A DNA stretch of 64,000 nucleotides from Schizochytrium sp. TIO01 (Eukaryota; Protista; Bigyra: Labyrinthulomycetes), in the NCBI GenBank assembly GCA_004764695.1, contig SMSO01000005.1:124001-188000 (forward strand). The letters are read 5' to 3'. The notes under the pieces were generated by a model. That model was not told the origin of the DNA. It searched no databases and was given only the letters and a program-made list of their open reading frames with translations. Numbering within the stretch: position 1 is the first letter of the stretch; each line of letters begins with the position of its first letter. A program made the translations under genes and the position numbers. Positions 35,016 to 47,105 of the stretch are shown one piece after another.

Positions 35016-36375
35016 AAAAAAACTTGGAGCCGCTGGATGGTTGTGCAAACAATGAACAATATGCTGGTGAAAAGAGAGGACATGGACTTTCTCTGCAGAA
35101 ACGTCGTCACCACCGATTCCAACACGGGTCATTTGGATTCCGCCAGCGCCGGTGAAGAGGCCAAGCAAGGAACGTGCTGAAGGAGGTTCGCCAGCGGCGG
35201 TCCTGTGCATTTAAGTCGAGCCCCGACGAAGATTATGAATAAATACCCCGGCTAATCCCACGGCGCCTGAGGTGCTTTCGTTCGCAAGGATCGTCAACTC
35301 TATCTACCAAATCAAACATTCTGCCGCTGACCATGATAGGAAATAGCTCTGGGTTCCTGCGTGCCTTGGATAAAAGCATCGTCATCACCGCCCACAAAGG
35401 AATCAAAGATGGCCAGCGAACTTAAAGTGCAGAAAGTAGCACATTACATCAAAACATTACATAAGTGGTCCTGGAGGAGCAAGCACTGCTACACGTGAAC
35501 AGTTAGTTAGACAGTAAGTAGTACCGAGAGCTCTCTCTATTAGGATCGAAACAAAATGTAATGTAATGCCAAGAGTCCAAGGAATGGATAAATTAGTCGG
35601 CGTGCCACGAATCAGTCAAAGCACAATGATGGTGGTCTTCTGTCGCATGTTTCAGCCAACTTGCAAGGCGAAGGAGTTCCTCTTCCGCTGCTTTTCAACA
35701 GCCAAGAGCCAGGAAGAGCGAGAGAAGCAGCAGCGGAGATTGCGCTGGGCAATAGCGCCTCCTTCGGCCTCGAGGTTTGCTTCATTTCGTTTCACTTCTT
35801 CCATTCCGTGGTTGGTTCAAGACCATCCACAATCGATCAATCGGCCGAGAGCTAGCTAGCTAGCTAGCTAGTTATTTATTTAATCTTAGAGCGCCAAAGC
35901 TCTTCAAGATATCCCAATCCCGGAGAGATCTATCAACCTGTCTCTCGACGTGCGCGTTTGCAAGCCGCACATTGGCTTCTTTAGTGGGCAAGGAAACCGC
36001 TTTCACTCGAAATTGTTCGAGGTTCACGTTTTCTACTTCGACAACCATTTACTTTAGTCTTTACGATATATGCATATATATTTTTAATTCTTTTTATTTA
36101 ACTTTAAAAAGAGAGGAGGACCATAGATAAAACAACCAAACTCACGATGATTCTCGTTTCTTTCTATACACCACTATCTTCAATAGTACTTCTTTTTCTA
36201 CCAACTGACACAGCTCAATAAAAAGCGGAAGAAGAAGCGCTAAAGACAGCGGCAGAAAGCGACTCTTGCTCCACGTTCTTCTCCGGCCGCGCCCTGCCCT
36301 CCGTTGCCGCCCCTAGTCAATCAATCAAGCAATCAATCAATCAATCGGCACATGAGCTTGACTTGCAAGTTGAGC

Positions 36376-36435
36376 TTTGCTTTGATTGCTTTGCTTTGCT
36401 TTGATTGCTTTGCTTTGATTGCTTTGCTTTGATTT
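36376..36435. repeat. Compound TTTGC/TTGA microsatellite
   Basis: Read directly from the sequence. Confidence 0.85.
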
Positions 36436-37561
36436 ACTTGCTAGTTCCTCTTTCGAACACAGGCTCGTCAGATTGCACCGGACCGGGAGTGCGTTAGGGG
36501 ATCACCAGCCGAAACTCTAGCACACCGGCAATGTCCTATCGCAGCCAGCTGGCAGATCCACCGACCCAGGAGTTACTTGGTTAGGCGGTAGTATGCGGGC
36601 ATCGTGCGGAGCTAGCTAGCTAACGTATTGTCGTTGCTGCCGATGGTTTTCTGCTGCTCGAGATTGGGAGTACGTCTATTCGTGGTTTAGGTGTTGGTCT
36701 GCGGGTTGAGTTCATGCCAAAGGTGGCCGCCTGCCTCCTCTGATCGTGAGGCCTAGAAGATGAGCGAGGGCGGCGAGCATAATTGCGATGGATGGCTTTC
36801 ATTCATTCATTCATTTCGGGTTGTTCATTTACAATTAACTTTTTTAATTCTCCAGAGGTAATGATGAATTTTAGCTCAACAATAAAAAGAGAATCTTTTT
36901 TCGTCGTCTCGAGAATAAGTTATGAAAGAAAGAAAGAAAGAAAGCAAGGAGAGAGAGAAAGAAAGAAGGAAAAATGAAAATGAAAATGAGCAACAATTAG
37001 TCCGGAGTAAGAAAGGGGGTTCAATCAGGGAGGACTATATTCCCGCGACCAACAATCTGTGAAAGAGAGGCACGGGTCCTTCCTGTAGTATTTTAAGCCG
37101 CAATCAGTCGAAGGTCGAGGACTTCGATCATTCCTTCATAGAAAGCATTCTGTCCATTTTGAGAAATTTTCCTCCAGAGAATTAAAAAAGAAGAAAAAGG
37201 AAAAAAGAGTAAATGGAAAAGTAAATGATAAAAGATATTCTGGCAGGTAGGTAAAGAAAGAAAGAAAGAAAGAAAGAAAGAAAAGATATTTTTGCAGCTC
37301 CTAGTATTTGAACTAACCACACGATTGGGCGGGAGTTTTTTGTTTTTGTTTTTAATTAATCCAAAGTAAATTCTTTCCAAAGGAAAAAGTGAAAGAAAGC
37401 GAAACAAAGGAAAACAAAGCAAAGTAAACGAAATCAAGGTAATGCAAATCAGAGCACTAGCTATCTAGCCTAAACTGCGACCTGCAGCAGAGCAAAGCAA
37501 ACCCTTGCAGCAAACCCGAATTGGCTCAAAGTTAGCTAGCTCTACCCACCTCTTCTACACG

Positions 37562-38752
37562 ATGCTGTCCACCCTTAGCAAGGCCGGCCGGCCTCTGGCC
37601 TCCATGCACGTGCGTGCTCTTAGCAGCGCCGCCCCCTCTGTGAAGCCTGAGAACCCCATGTTCTCCAGCGGCCCCTGCTCCAAGCGCCCCGGTTGGACCC
37701 CGAGCGCCCTCGCCACCGAGTCCCTCGGCCGCTCCCACCGCTCCAAGATCGGCAAGGAGCGCCTTGCCAAGGCCATCGATGACTCGAAGCGTATCCTCGG
37801 CCTCCCCGAGGGCTACCACCTCGGTATCGTCCCGGGCTCTGACACTGGTGCCTTCGAGATGGCCATGTGGTCTCTCCTTGGACCCCGCCCCCTTGACGCC
37901 TTCGCCTTCGAGTCCTTCGGCTCTGGCTGGGTCAAGGATGCCCTCAACGAGCTTAAGCTCAAGGACCAGACCATCGTCCACGAATCTGACTACGGTGTTC
38001 TCCCGGACATGTCCAAGGCTCGCAAGGATGCCGATGTCATGTTCACCTACAACGGTACCACCAGTGGTGTCCGCGTGCCCAACCTTGACTTCATTGCTGA
38101 CGACCGTGAGGGTCTCACCCTCGTCGACGCCACCTCCGCTGTCTTCTCCATGAAGATTGACTGGAGCAAGGTCGATGTGCTCACCTACTCCTGGCAGAAG
38201 GTCCTCGGTGGTGAGGGCGCCCACGGTGTGCTCGTGCTCTCCCCTCGCGCTGTTGAGCGTCTCGAGAGCCACACCCCGACCTGGCCCATGCCCAAGGTCT
38301 TCCGTCTCACCAAGAAGGGCAAGTTGAACGGTGACATCTTCAAGGGATCCACCATCAACACCCCGTCCATGCTCTGCGTTGAGGACTGCATTGATGCTCT
38401 CCAGTGGGCTGACAGTGTTGGAGGCCTTGACGGTATGGTTGAGAAGTCCGAGCAGAACCTCCAGGTTATCCGCGAGTGGGTTGAGGCCACCCCCTGGGTG
38501 AACTTCCTTGCCAAGGACCCTGCCACCGTCTCCTGCACCTCCATCTGCCTCTCCCTCGACGGCATCTCCAAGGATGGCATCAAGAAGATGACCTCCCTCC
38601 TTGAGAAGGAGGCTGTCGCCTACGACATTGGCTCCTACCGTGACGCTCCCCCCGGTCTCCGCATCTGGGGTGGTGCCACCGTCGACGCCGCCGACCTCAA
38701 GAAGCTCACCCCGTGGCTCGAGTACACCTACGAGAAGTTCAAGGACCAGTAA
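37562..38752 (+). CDS. serC: Phosphoserine aminotransferase, alphaproteobacterial/Methanosarcina type, with mitochondrial-like presequence
   Basis: [54 protein letters not shown] (PLP Lys), [12 protein letters not shown] and [11 protein letters not shown]. First ATG at 37562. Strongly C/G-biased third positions. Confidence 0.95.
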   Translation: MLSTLSKAGRPLASMHVRALSSAAPSVKPENPMFSSGPCSKRPGWTPSALATESLGRSHRSKIGKERLAKAIDDSKRILGLPEGYHLGIVPGSDTGAFEMAMWSLLGPRPLDAFAFESFGSGWVKDALNELKLKDQTIVHESDYGVLPDMSKARKDADVMFTYNGTTSGVRVPNLDFIADDREGLTLVDATSAVFSMKIDWSKVDVLTYSWQKVLGGEGAHGVLVLSPRAVERLESHTPTWPMPKVFRLTKKGKLNGDIFKGSTINTPSMLCVEDCIDALQWADSVGGLDGMVEKSEQNLQVIREWVEATPWVNFLAKDPATVSCTSICLSLDGISKDGIKKMTSLLEKEAVAYDIGSYRDAPPGLRIWGGATVDAADLKKLTPWLEYTYEKFKDQ

Positions 38753-39912
38753 GCGCTCGCGCCCTGGCCTGAGACAGCCTTCTCTTCTGTTTACCCATCA
38801 GCAGCATCACCATCCATATAACATACACACACACCGCTGTGAGCAGCAGCAGCAGCTACAGCTCCAAGCCTTGTGTGGATGTTAGATGGGCCGTTTTGCT
38901 TTCGGTTGGGTGCAATCTCCACACACAAGCTCTGTTGCCTTGCACTAGAACCTCTTTTGTTCACATCATTGAAGAGATGTTCTTAACGAACGCATGGTAC
39001 ACAGACAAACACCACACCATACTTGCATGCAATATACGTGCGTAGTTGTGCTACTAAAAACACTGCACCAAGTTTACACGACCAACCTCGCGCCCTTAAC
39101 GTCCACGATGTTGACCGCTATGGCGTTCTGATTGATTCATTGATTGATTAATCCATTTTATATGTTTGCTAGCTCTTCCTCGTGCCTTTTTTGCCTCTTC
39201 TTTATTTATCTCAAAAACCCTTGCGAATGGCGTTTTCCAAGTGACCACACAATCTTCATGCGGGTCGAGTTGTAGGATACATTTCCTGAAACGTGTATTT
39301 GAGTAGTACCTAACTCAATACTATCAGGTACAAAATCATAGGAAGTTTATTTCTTTCCCGTTCCCATAATCCCAGTCCGGATTTGTACTTTCGTTTTCTT
39401 CAAGGTTCCTAGTCCTCTCTCTCTGCAGTTGCAGAGCGATACTAAGATCAGACTTTAGAAAAGAAGATCGCTTGCGCGGATCTCAAAGTTCTCCATTAAT
39501 TCAGTGTATTTTCTGTCTTTGTTGTTGTATGTTGTATTACTTACTACCAATAGCTAATGAATGCTAAATCCACTGGTTTTTGTTTTTTGTTTTTTGTTTT
39601 TTTAATTAAGAAATGTTTTCAAACACTACTAGGGCTATTTGAGATTTCAAGCAATTGCAATTCCGCCTTCCGACTCCGAGCAGTCTCCGCTGCTTCTCAA
39701 ATCTGCACCCGTGCTACAAGCGAAGAACTTTGCAGAGACTCTCGAATATACCTAGCACTTAGAATGGCGCTTTTGAGACGCAAACTGTTAACGAGTTAGC
39801 TTGAATCTTTCAAGAACCAGTATTATCTCACACTTTGTTAAAGATACATAGGTAAGGTGGAAAGATTGGGAGAGCAGACAAAGCTGGCTCACAGAACCTC
39901 AACGTTGGCGAT

Positions 39913-41256
39913 ATGGCGAACGAAATCCCCGATAAGGTCTCACGCGAGGAGGCAGAGGCTGCTCTGGAGTCTTGGGTTCGTGAAGCAGTCGATACTGTCG
40001 ATGTAGTGGACGTTCACACACATTTATTCCCGCCTTCCCACGGGCCGCTGATGAGCTGGGGCATAAACGCCCTGCTCACGTACCACTATCTGGTGGCAGA
40101 ACTCTTTGTCGCTGCTGCGAACCCACCTCCTGAACACGAGTTCTTTAAGCTATCATCGCAAAACCAGGCCGATTTAATTTGGGAGGAGCTCTTCGTGAGA
40201 CGCTCGCCCATCTCTGAGGCATGCCAGGGGGTGTTGACAACGTTGCGGATTCTTGGGCTTCACGAGGAAATCAGAAATCGTGACCTGAAGGCTATCCGAG
40301 CCTGGTTCGCAGAGCAAGACCCCGAAGTTTACACAGAACACGTATTTCGCACAGCACGCGTTCGCTACTGTGTTATGACTAATATCCCATTTGTGGATGA
40401 AGAGGTTGAGCAATGGCAGAATCTCAACGCTGCGAAGAGCTGGAGCAAACGTTTCAAAGCTGCAGTGCGTGTAGATCCAATATTAAAAGGAGACTGGGCT
40501 ACAATTGAGGCGAGTCTACGTAAACAAGGCTTCTCTCCTACAATTCGGGGTGCGCGCGAGTTTTTAAAGTCGTGGTCGGAGAAAACAGACGCAATTTATT
40601 TTATGGCATCAACCCCAAACAACTTTGCTTATTCCCCAACCAAGTTTTGTGGGTGTGAAGGTGCTCAACAAGAAGATGATGACCAAGGCCCATGCACTTC
40701 AGATGTTGCCTCCGAGCTTATCGACCGTGTGCTTGTTCCAACAGCACTAGAACTAAAGTTTGCAATTGCTGTAAAAATTGGGGCATGCAGAGGTCTTAAT
40801 CCCAAACTAAACCCGTGCGGAGGCGGAGATGGCGTGGAGGTAGCAGACCTTACCCCCCTTGCTACAATGTGTCGCCAATATACCAAATTGAAGATACTTA
40901 TCACGGTTCTTAGCCGTGACAATCAACATGAACTCACTGTCATGGCAAACAAATTCGGCCGTCAGCTCCACGTATATGGCTGTTGGTGGTACTGTAACAA
41001 CCCCAGCATTATCGATGACGTGACGCGCATGCGTTTGGAGATCTTAGGAACTGCCTTTACAGCTCAGCACTCCGATGCTAGGGTGCTAGACCAACTCTTA
41101 TATAAGTGGACGCATAGCCGACGTGTCATTTCCGAGGTTCTGGTGGACAAATACCGTGAGCTCTATCGTACTGGATGGGTGCTCACACAGAAAGAAGTAA
41201 ATCGTGATGTAGGTCGGCTTTTTGGAGACGCTTTTGAAGAGTTCCTTGCTCGCTGA
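39913..41256 (+). CDS. uxaC: Uronate (glucuronate) isomerase, divergent BH0493-type amidohydrolase
   Basis: VVDVHTHLFPP, LLTYHYLVAE, RSPISEACQGV, VMTNIPF, GCWWYCNNP and QHSDARVLDQLLYKWTHS. Confidence 0.88.
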   Translation: MANEIPDKVSREEAEAALESWVREAVDTVDVVDVHTHLFPPSHGPLMSWGINALLTYHYLVAELFVAAANPPPEHEFFKLSSQNQADLIWEELFVRRSPISEACQGVLTTLRILGLHEEIRNRDLKAIRAWFAEQDPEVYTEHVFRTARVRYCVMTNIPFVDEEVEQWQNLNAAKSWSKRFKAAVRVDPILKGDWATIEASLRKQGFSPTIRGAREFLKSWSEKTDAIYFMASTPNNFAYSPTKFCGCEGAQQEDDDQGPCTSDVASELIDRVLVPTALELKFAIAVKIGACRGLNPKLNPCGGGDGVEVADLTPLATMCRQYTKLKILITVLSRDNQHELTVMANKFGRQLHVYGCWWYCNNPSIIDDVTRMRLEILGTAFTAQHSDARVLDQLLYKWTHSRRVISEVLVDKYRELYRTGWVLTQKEVNRDVGRLFGDAFEEFLAR

Positions 41257-41773
41257 GAAGGTAGACATCATACATTTTCTTTAGACAGAAACAGAAATGC
41301 TCATCGATATACAAAATATGCATGGACTGCACCTTAATTATAAAGTTCGACAAGGGTTTAAATACTAAATCTATTCTTTTATGGCTTCTTTAATTTCTAG
41401 GTATACTCGTTGACAGTAAATTGTAGAAAGATAAATAGCTGGGGAGAAAAAAAGAAAAGAAACCTCCCTTTTATTTAAAAACATTTACTTCAACATGAGA
41501 TTGCGCGAGATATTATTGGACAAGATGCTATGCGCGCATTTCTCTTTGTGTCTGATCTTCCTAGAACGTAATAGTGGTACAGTAAGGATAATAACATTAA
41601 ACGATATCATGCCCTTTCTGCCTTCAATGTACCTACCTTGTGAAGTTCCACACAGAACAACAACCTGCTTGATCTTCGTTGCAAAGCACTCATAAGGTAT
41701 CATTTAAATAGGCTAAAACTATCTCGACCCTATCAATAATTGGCTTTGAAGGCAGAAAATATGTCATAAACTT

Positions 41774-42844
41774 TTACTTGCCTGGATCGAGATCTTTCAG
41801 TAAGGCGTCATCTACAGTCTTCATCATACTAAACAATCTCTCCAGAATTTGCCCAAAGTCTGGTCGAAGAGCCGGATCTTCTTCCCAGCACTCCATCATG
41901 AGGTGGGCAAATACCTTTGGACAATAATGAGGAATCTCCGGCCGTAAGCCTTGCTCAACGGCCATGTAAGCAACTTGAACGCCACCCTGGCCTTTATATG
42001 GCTCTTCCCGAGCAATTAGCTCCCACATTACAATGCCAAATGAGTAAACATCGACACGCTCATCGTATTGTTCTAACTTCACAATTTCTGGCGCCGTCCA
42101 GGCAGGTGTACCACAAGCGGTCATACCTGCATCCTCGTCATCTTTGAGGCGAGACAAGCCGAAATCAGCAACCTTGGCATTCAAATGCAAGTCCACAAGA
42201 GCATTGCGAGCCTTGAGGTCCCGCTGAATAATGTTGCACTTTTGATGAATATAGTTGACGCCGCGAGCAATGTCAATCGCGAACCGTATCACACGGTGCA
42301 ATGTCACAAGGCCTTCGGGATCTCGGCTTTCTTTGCGAGAGTACAGAAAGTCATGAAGACTTCCATAGACACAGTATTCAAGCAGAAGACACATTTTGCT
42401 CACAGGTGTTATACATGCACCCAAGAACATGACGATATTTGGATGATGAAGGTTGCTCATTAGCTTGATCTCAAGCATAAAACGTGCAATGAATTCCTGG
42501 TCGTTGGCCATGCTGCGTAGTACTGTCTTGATGGCCACTGGACTGCCAAGCCAGCTCCCAAGCCACACCTCTCCGAAGTTACCTTTTGCGAGCTTCTTTT
42601 TAAATTTGATGCTTTTGGCGTCAATCTCCCATGGTTCTTTACCTGATTTCTTGTTTCGTATAATTTGTTTCTCTTGCTTTTGATTCGGCGCTACTCGCAG
42701 AGTTTGATACTTGCGCTCCTCCGTTTGCTTGCGCACTTGTGGCACAATGTAAACCATAACTAGGCCGATTAATGTAATCACAATCTGTATGGCGGCCATT
42801 GACACCATCACACTGTATTCTTGTCGCTTCACGCAGTCAGACAT
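41774..42844 (-). CDS. TKL-family protein kinase with N-terminal transmembrane helix
   Basis: KGNFGEV, VAIK, HPNIVMFLG, QRDLKARN, DFGLSR, CGTPAWTAPE and DVYSFG. TM helix AAIQIVITLIGLVMVYIV. Confidence 0.92.
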   Translation of the reverse strand: MSDCVKRQEYSVMVSMAAIQIVITLIGLVMVYIVPQVRKQTEERKYQTLRVAPNQKQEKQIIRNKKSGKEPWEIDAKSIKFKKKLAKGNFGEVWLGSWLGSPVAIKTVLRSMANDQEFIARFMLEIKLMSNLHHPNIVMFLGACITPVSKMCLLLEYCVYGSLHDFLYSRKESRDPEGLVTLHRVIRFAIDIARGVNYIHQKCNIIQRDLKARNALVDLHLNAKVADFGLSRLKDDEDAGMTACGTPAWTAPEIVKLEQYDERVDVYSFGIVMWELIAREEPYKGQGGVQVAYMAVEQGLRPEIPHYCPKVFAHLMMECWEEDPALRPDFGQILERLFSMMKTVDDALLKDLDPGK

Positions 42845-43698
42845 GGTTGCTGACGTTGGCCCCTACAAGGAGCACATGCACGTCCTGCCCCGCTGGCGTG
42901 CCCTCTCAACCCCAAGCGTCCTTGAGCTCCAATTCGCGACTTGCTTGTACGAAAACTCAAGCCGTCCTCCCAGTCAGACCCTTTGACTGAGATTTTGGAT
43001 GTGTTTCTGCGCACCAGGGTGTGTGCCCCTTAAGAGTTGGCACTGGCACTAGAACTCGTCCTTGTGTTTCTACCGCTATCCTACCCCCAATCACGTGGCC
43101 CTGCAGCCTACATTGATCTCTGACCTACCTGCCTCTCTCTGCTTAAACCTCTGCACATCACACAAACGTTTTCCAACCCCTCACAACCTACTAATGCCAC
43201 GATGCGCACAAAAAGCAAATCATATCATAGGCCTCTCGCAAGTTCCCACGCATTTCCAACGGATTAATTTACTTGTCCACCTTAATCACCACCTCTCCTC
43301 CTTCCCAAACATACTCCTCCTTAAGGCCTTTCCCGCGTCCAAAAATACTCCGAATTGTTTTTAAGACGACTCCTCCTGTCCAGAAAGACCTCCAGTTCGA
43401 ATAAAGTATGTGCTTACTTACCACTGCTTTAGAGTAGAGTAGCAAGAATGTTCTATAATAGAGCAATACATTTATTGATAGAGTGAGGAGGATAAGAATA
43501 CTCTCAATCTCTCAATACTATGGAGCAAATACTTTCAACTAATACGTTCCTATACTTGTTAGTTTTTGTTGTACGTATCTATAGAGGCAGTAGAGAAGAG
43601 AAGACAACAAAAAATGTTTAGCTCTAGCTAGGAGAACAAAAGTGAATGAGCAAGGATAAGTTCAAGCCCAGAACTCCATCTACTCTGCGCTCGCTACT

Positions 43699-45534
43699 AT
43701 GGCTCCGGTCGGTGAGGAGCGGCGCGCGGCGCTTGCCCGTTACCAGGAGGTTACACAAGAGATTGACGAAGGCGCTGCAGCCCGCGCTCTAGACCGCCAC
43801 GGCTGGAACGTACAGGTGAGTTAGCTAGCTAGCTAGCCCGATTCGCACGACTTCCCTTCTACGCTGACAGTGAGGAGGTGGAGCTTTCTCTCCTTCTCCT
43901 GCCAGAGCTTCATTCGTTTTGGTCTTGGGGCGTAACATTGTTTGTATAATTGAAACTTTGTCAGCTTGCTGAGGCATCTACAGTATCTTTAGGCTCCTTG
44001 GTTATCTCGCTTTTCTTGGCTTCTTGAAGGACTTTTTTCTTTCGTAGAGTTGCAGGTTGTTTCTTGCCCAAAACGAAGCTATAAAAGAAGTGGGCGCAAT
44101 GCATTTAGTGGAGAAGTATGAATCTGAGCAAGGGGTTATGAATGAAAGCCGTATTGTTCTTGTTGTGACTAACGTTTATGGTTTGATGATACAATGCGAC
44201 GTACATCTGGGCATCTCAAATTTTTGGGCTTATCATGGCAGGCTGCAATCATGAGTACCCTGGAAGGTGAGACGCGCGAGGTCCAGCCCCAGAGGGCAAT
44301 ACGTCAGCGACGACGCAGCGAAGATCACGCTTCTACACGTGCTCATGAACGTCGCATTGGACAATCGGAGAGTGCCTCTCATGGAACTGTCTCTGACCAT
44401 CGGCGGCCCGTACAAAACTGGAATCTGGTGGGGTTCCTGGCAAATCTACTGCTCATGCCGCTTCGTTTCTTGACAGGGTTTAATGGCAATATTGACGTAC
44501 AAGCTGCAGTAGATTACTTTCTAGCTGACTTTGTAGCGAGGAGCAACAAAGCCCAGCAAAACGGGAACCAAAACATATCGTCCAACTCTATTGAAAGAAG
44601 AGACTCAAACCATGATGACTCTGAACAAACCAAGCTTGTTTTCTCCGAACTACCTTATCGTGAGGCCCTGGCTGAGGCCTCGCGTAATGAAAAGCTCTTA
44701 CTCGTTTACTTGCACTCTAGTCAGCACCCCAACACTGATGAGTTTTGCTCACGAATTATCACCGAGCCACGTGTCGCAGAACTTATTAATGAGCATCTTG
44801 TCGCTTGGGGAGGCTGCATTGAGTTTGCAGAGGCATATCGTTTAAGCACGCTCCTCAATGCTGCAACTTATCCCTATGTTGCAATTCTGGAACCCCCTTC
44901 GGATCCAAGCAGTACCAATGCTAAATTGGTTGAACGTATTGAAGGCATTGCTGAGATGCCTATGCTGTACGATAAGATCAATAATACAGTTGAAAAATTC
45001 GGCCGTGTTGTTGCTGGTCGTGCATCTCAGCGCATGGAGGCTCAGGAGCGCCAGAGGCTTCGTGATGAACAGGACGAGGCACTCAGATTATCTCTTGAAG
45101 AGGACCGCAGACGCGAGGAGGAACGCAGACATGCCGAAGAGGAAGCTCGCCGTGCTGAGAAGGAAGCCCGCGAAGCAGAGCGCCTTGCGCAAGAGCAAGC
45201 CATGCGTGCGGAGGCCAAGAAGGCTGAAACTATTGCGTCTAAGCGTGCTTCTGTTCCAGAGGAGCCATCCAGCGGTCCTCTGACCACGATCCGCTTCCAG
45301 CTCCCAAATGGTAGTAAGTTGAACCGCCGATTTCCTACCGATACTACAATGCAGGTGCTCCGCAATTACGTTGATTGCGAGCTTCACAACATGGACATTC
45401 CCATTGTCAACTATTCTGTATCGCTCAACTACCCAAAGAAAACCTTTGGCCCTGACGATGACCTAAGTAAAACGTTAGAGGATAATGGTCTCGTGCCACA
45501 AGCTGTGCTCTATGTGCAGAACCTTGATGCATAA
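43699..45534 (+). CDS. UBA-UAS-coiled coil-UBX p97 adaptor (FAF2/UBXD8-like; exons 43699-43815 and 44242-45534)
   Basis: Exon 1 MAPVGEERRAALARYQEVTQ...LDRHGWNVQ joins AAIMS to form a UBA-like WNxxAAI motif. UAS: KLLLVYLHS and TYPYVA. UBX: IRFQLPNGSKLNRRF, NYPKK and TLEDNGL. Confidence 0.9.
43816..44241 (+). other. Spliceosomal intron of the UBX gene (426 nt)
   Basis: CAG|GTGAGT donor, GACTAAC branch-like motif and GGCAG acceptor. The phase-0 join is in frame. Confidence 0.82.
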
Positions 45535-46141
45535 GCTTGCGTTTAGCTCACGCAAGATAACTCGGTTCTCGTGGGACCAGGAATGCAAGATACATAAAAG
45601 TGCTTTGCTTTAGCGTAGGCGCGATACAATCATCCTCAGAGCCATATCCCCGAGTTAATCCAAAATTATCATAATAACCCTGGGTCTTCGTACATAAATC
45701 TACAATAAATCAAAAACCATTTGTCCTTTTTTTTTTTTGTTATTATTCCTCTCTTTCTATTTAAGAAGCGCTGACCTTCACACTCCTTAACGAGCTGGCC
45801 ATAATGGCCTCAGAGGAGGTACCTAGTGTTTTCACCAATACATAACCAGCAGCAGCCATCGAAACCGTCAACAGATGCGCTCTTCATTTGTGTGCCTGGA
45901 TTTTTAGGCACTTCTTGTTTTTCTTGTTCTCCATGGCGGGACCCCAGAAGAAGTTGGCGTATATGAGCGTAACTCTGCATCGTTTGGATGCAAGTGATGA
46001 GTGCATATTCTGTTTACAGTCATTTGTGCCGGACCATCTATGAGTACCCAGCTTGAGATTCTAGTTTATAACCAATCCGATGCGACGATCTACTACTATG
46101 AATTTTCACTTGCATCAGCAATCCATATAAATGACATCCAA

Positions 46142-46399
46142 CTAATTCGGCTGCTCAAAAGTAGAACCGTCCATACGCTGGCCCCAGTAGATGATATCAT
46201 CGTTGTTGACCTCGAAACCACCGACAGTACCTTCGTCTTCAAGCACCGTTTCCTTATCCTTTGCATAAAGCTTGATGTCGTCCGGTGCCAAGCTCAAAAT
46301 CTCGCCCAGAGCAGACTTGACCGCACGGAAAGTGTCGCTCGGCTCCGCGCGGAGAAAGACCGTCTGGTCTTGACGCTTAACGCGCACGTATATGCTCAT
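46142..46399 (-). CDS. ELOB: Elongin B-like ubiquitin-like protein
   Basis: MSIYVRVKRQDQTVFLRAEPSDT...KLY...LEDEGTV...TFE resembles the Elongin B Ubl N-terminus (R.K.T.F....S.T...K). Confidence 0.65.
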   Translation of the reverse strand: MSIYVRVKRQDQTVFLRAEPSDTFRAVKSALGEILSLAPDDIKLYAKDKETVLEDEGTVGGFEVNNDDIIYWGQRMDGSTFEQPN

Positions 46400-46448
46400 G
46401 GTCCCAGAAGCAAGTCAAATTTCCAGCGCACGCGCGACCAGTTCGAGC

Positions 46449-46494
46449 TGTTGTTGTTGTTGTTGTTGTTATTGTTGTTGTTGTTATTATTATT
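46449..46494. repeat. (TGT)n/(TAT)n trinucleotide repeat upstream of the Elongin B-like gene
   Basis: Read directly from the sequence. It explains the spurious poly-C and poly-L ORFs. Confidence 0.9.
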
Positions 46495-47105
46495 CCTGTT
46501 TTGTTTATGCTTCTTGCTCCTTCTTTCCCTTTCTAACAAGTCTCTCATTATTGCCACTAGCCACTGTTAAACAGCATATTCTCTGGTAGAACGATAAAAG
46601 ACAACGTTGCTTTTCTATTTTGGTGTCTGTGGATTGGTATGAAGAAAGGAAGACCCTTGAGCTTGGCCTGGTCAGACAAACTGGCAGAGTGAGCTCTAGG
46701 AGAGTAGGAGAATAGTTAGGGAGTTTGAAGGAATTCCGTCAGATTCTGAGTGATCTGCTGCTCATTGTCTATAGGTGAATGTAGGTGTTTTTTGTTTTGT
46801 TTTGTTTTTTTAAAGCTTCGACAGATAGCTATATCTCAAGGAAGGCAGTACATGATGAGTTCTTTCAGGATGCTAAAACAAGAAAAAGTTTAGTCTTTGT
46901 GTAACTTCTGAGGAAGGAAGAGAAGGAGAGAGTAATGGTAATAACAGTATGCAGGAACAATTGCAGTTGAGATTTGAGATATATTAGAAGGGGAGAAAAG
47001 AATCATAGACTATCAGAATTTCAAAACAAATTAAAGAACATCGCCAGCCAATATAAGAGCAAGCGTCTTGTTCATCTCAGAAAATGTAACCAAGAAATGT
47101 GCTTA

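Noticed and set aside
7011-46399. Apparent ubiquitin/p97 gene cluster (AAA+, Ubl, RING, UBX, Elongin B-like)
   Set aside because: Spread over 40 kb among unrelated genes. These are common eukaryotic families and there is no evidence of co-regulation.
46001-46589. Poly-Leu and poly-Cys ORFs
   Set aside because: Translations of a (TGT)n microsatellite antisense to the Elongin B-like gene.
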